DNA of 64,000 bases, taken from positions 1-64,000 of the forward strand of contig QCDI01000009.1 in the NCBI GenBank assembly GCA_003280965.1, given 5' to 3'. Position 1 is the stretch's first letter, and each line of letters begins with the position of its first letter. The translations under genes and the position numbers were made by a program. The DNA is from Prochlorococcus sp. AG-355-B18. Its GTDB lineage: Bacteria > Cyanobacteriota > Cyanobacteriia > PCC-6307 > Cyanobiaceae. The notes below the pieces were generated by a model that worked only from the letters and a program-made list of their open reading frames with translations, was not told the origin of the DNA and searched no databases. This document shows positions 63,881-64,000 of the stretch, piece after piece.

Positions 63881-64000
63881 TATAAGATATTAAACTTTTT
63901 ATTGATTAATTAATACTTTCCCCCTTAAAGACTTTATTTATGTACTCATAACATTTAAATATACTGGTGAACACATAAATTGTGTCCTTAAGCGGTCCAA

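Noticed and set aside
63938..63985. Short inverted repeats TTATG-tact-CATAA and ACACA-taaat-TGTGT at the window end
   Set aside because: Five-bp stems in AT-rich DNA with the context cut off by the window edge. Cannot be supported.

Overview
AT-rich (roughly 30% GC by eye), gene-dense cyanobacterial chromosome segment. Gene content and order (rsmA-ispE-pdhB-secDF, psb28, glnA, pyk, dxs, psaK, htpG, tRNA-Ser, dnaK-dnaJ, ribBA, pgi, leuS, uvrC, cobN, ilvE, metH) fit the core genome of a high-light Prochlorococcus. This assignment is by recognition, not by search. About 62 kb is housekeeping. I found no integrase, transposase, prophage or CRISPR array. Three small ORFs missing from the supplied track were found (1701-1796, 15352-15489, 62269-62448), along with an NtcA-type promoter and a terminator for glnA, and an scpB gene with no canonical start codon upstream of its conserved N-terminus. 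The most unusual element is at the right end. A ribbon-helix-helix plus J-domain fusion gene (62593-63609) is followed by two copies of a helically phased array of five AG(A/T)CT-type boxes (63617-63667 and 63830-63880) around an AT-rich spacer that holds a dif-like 28-mer. This is a candidate chaperone-coupled DNA-binding protein with its own cis site, possibly at the replication terminus.
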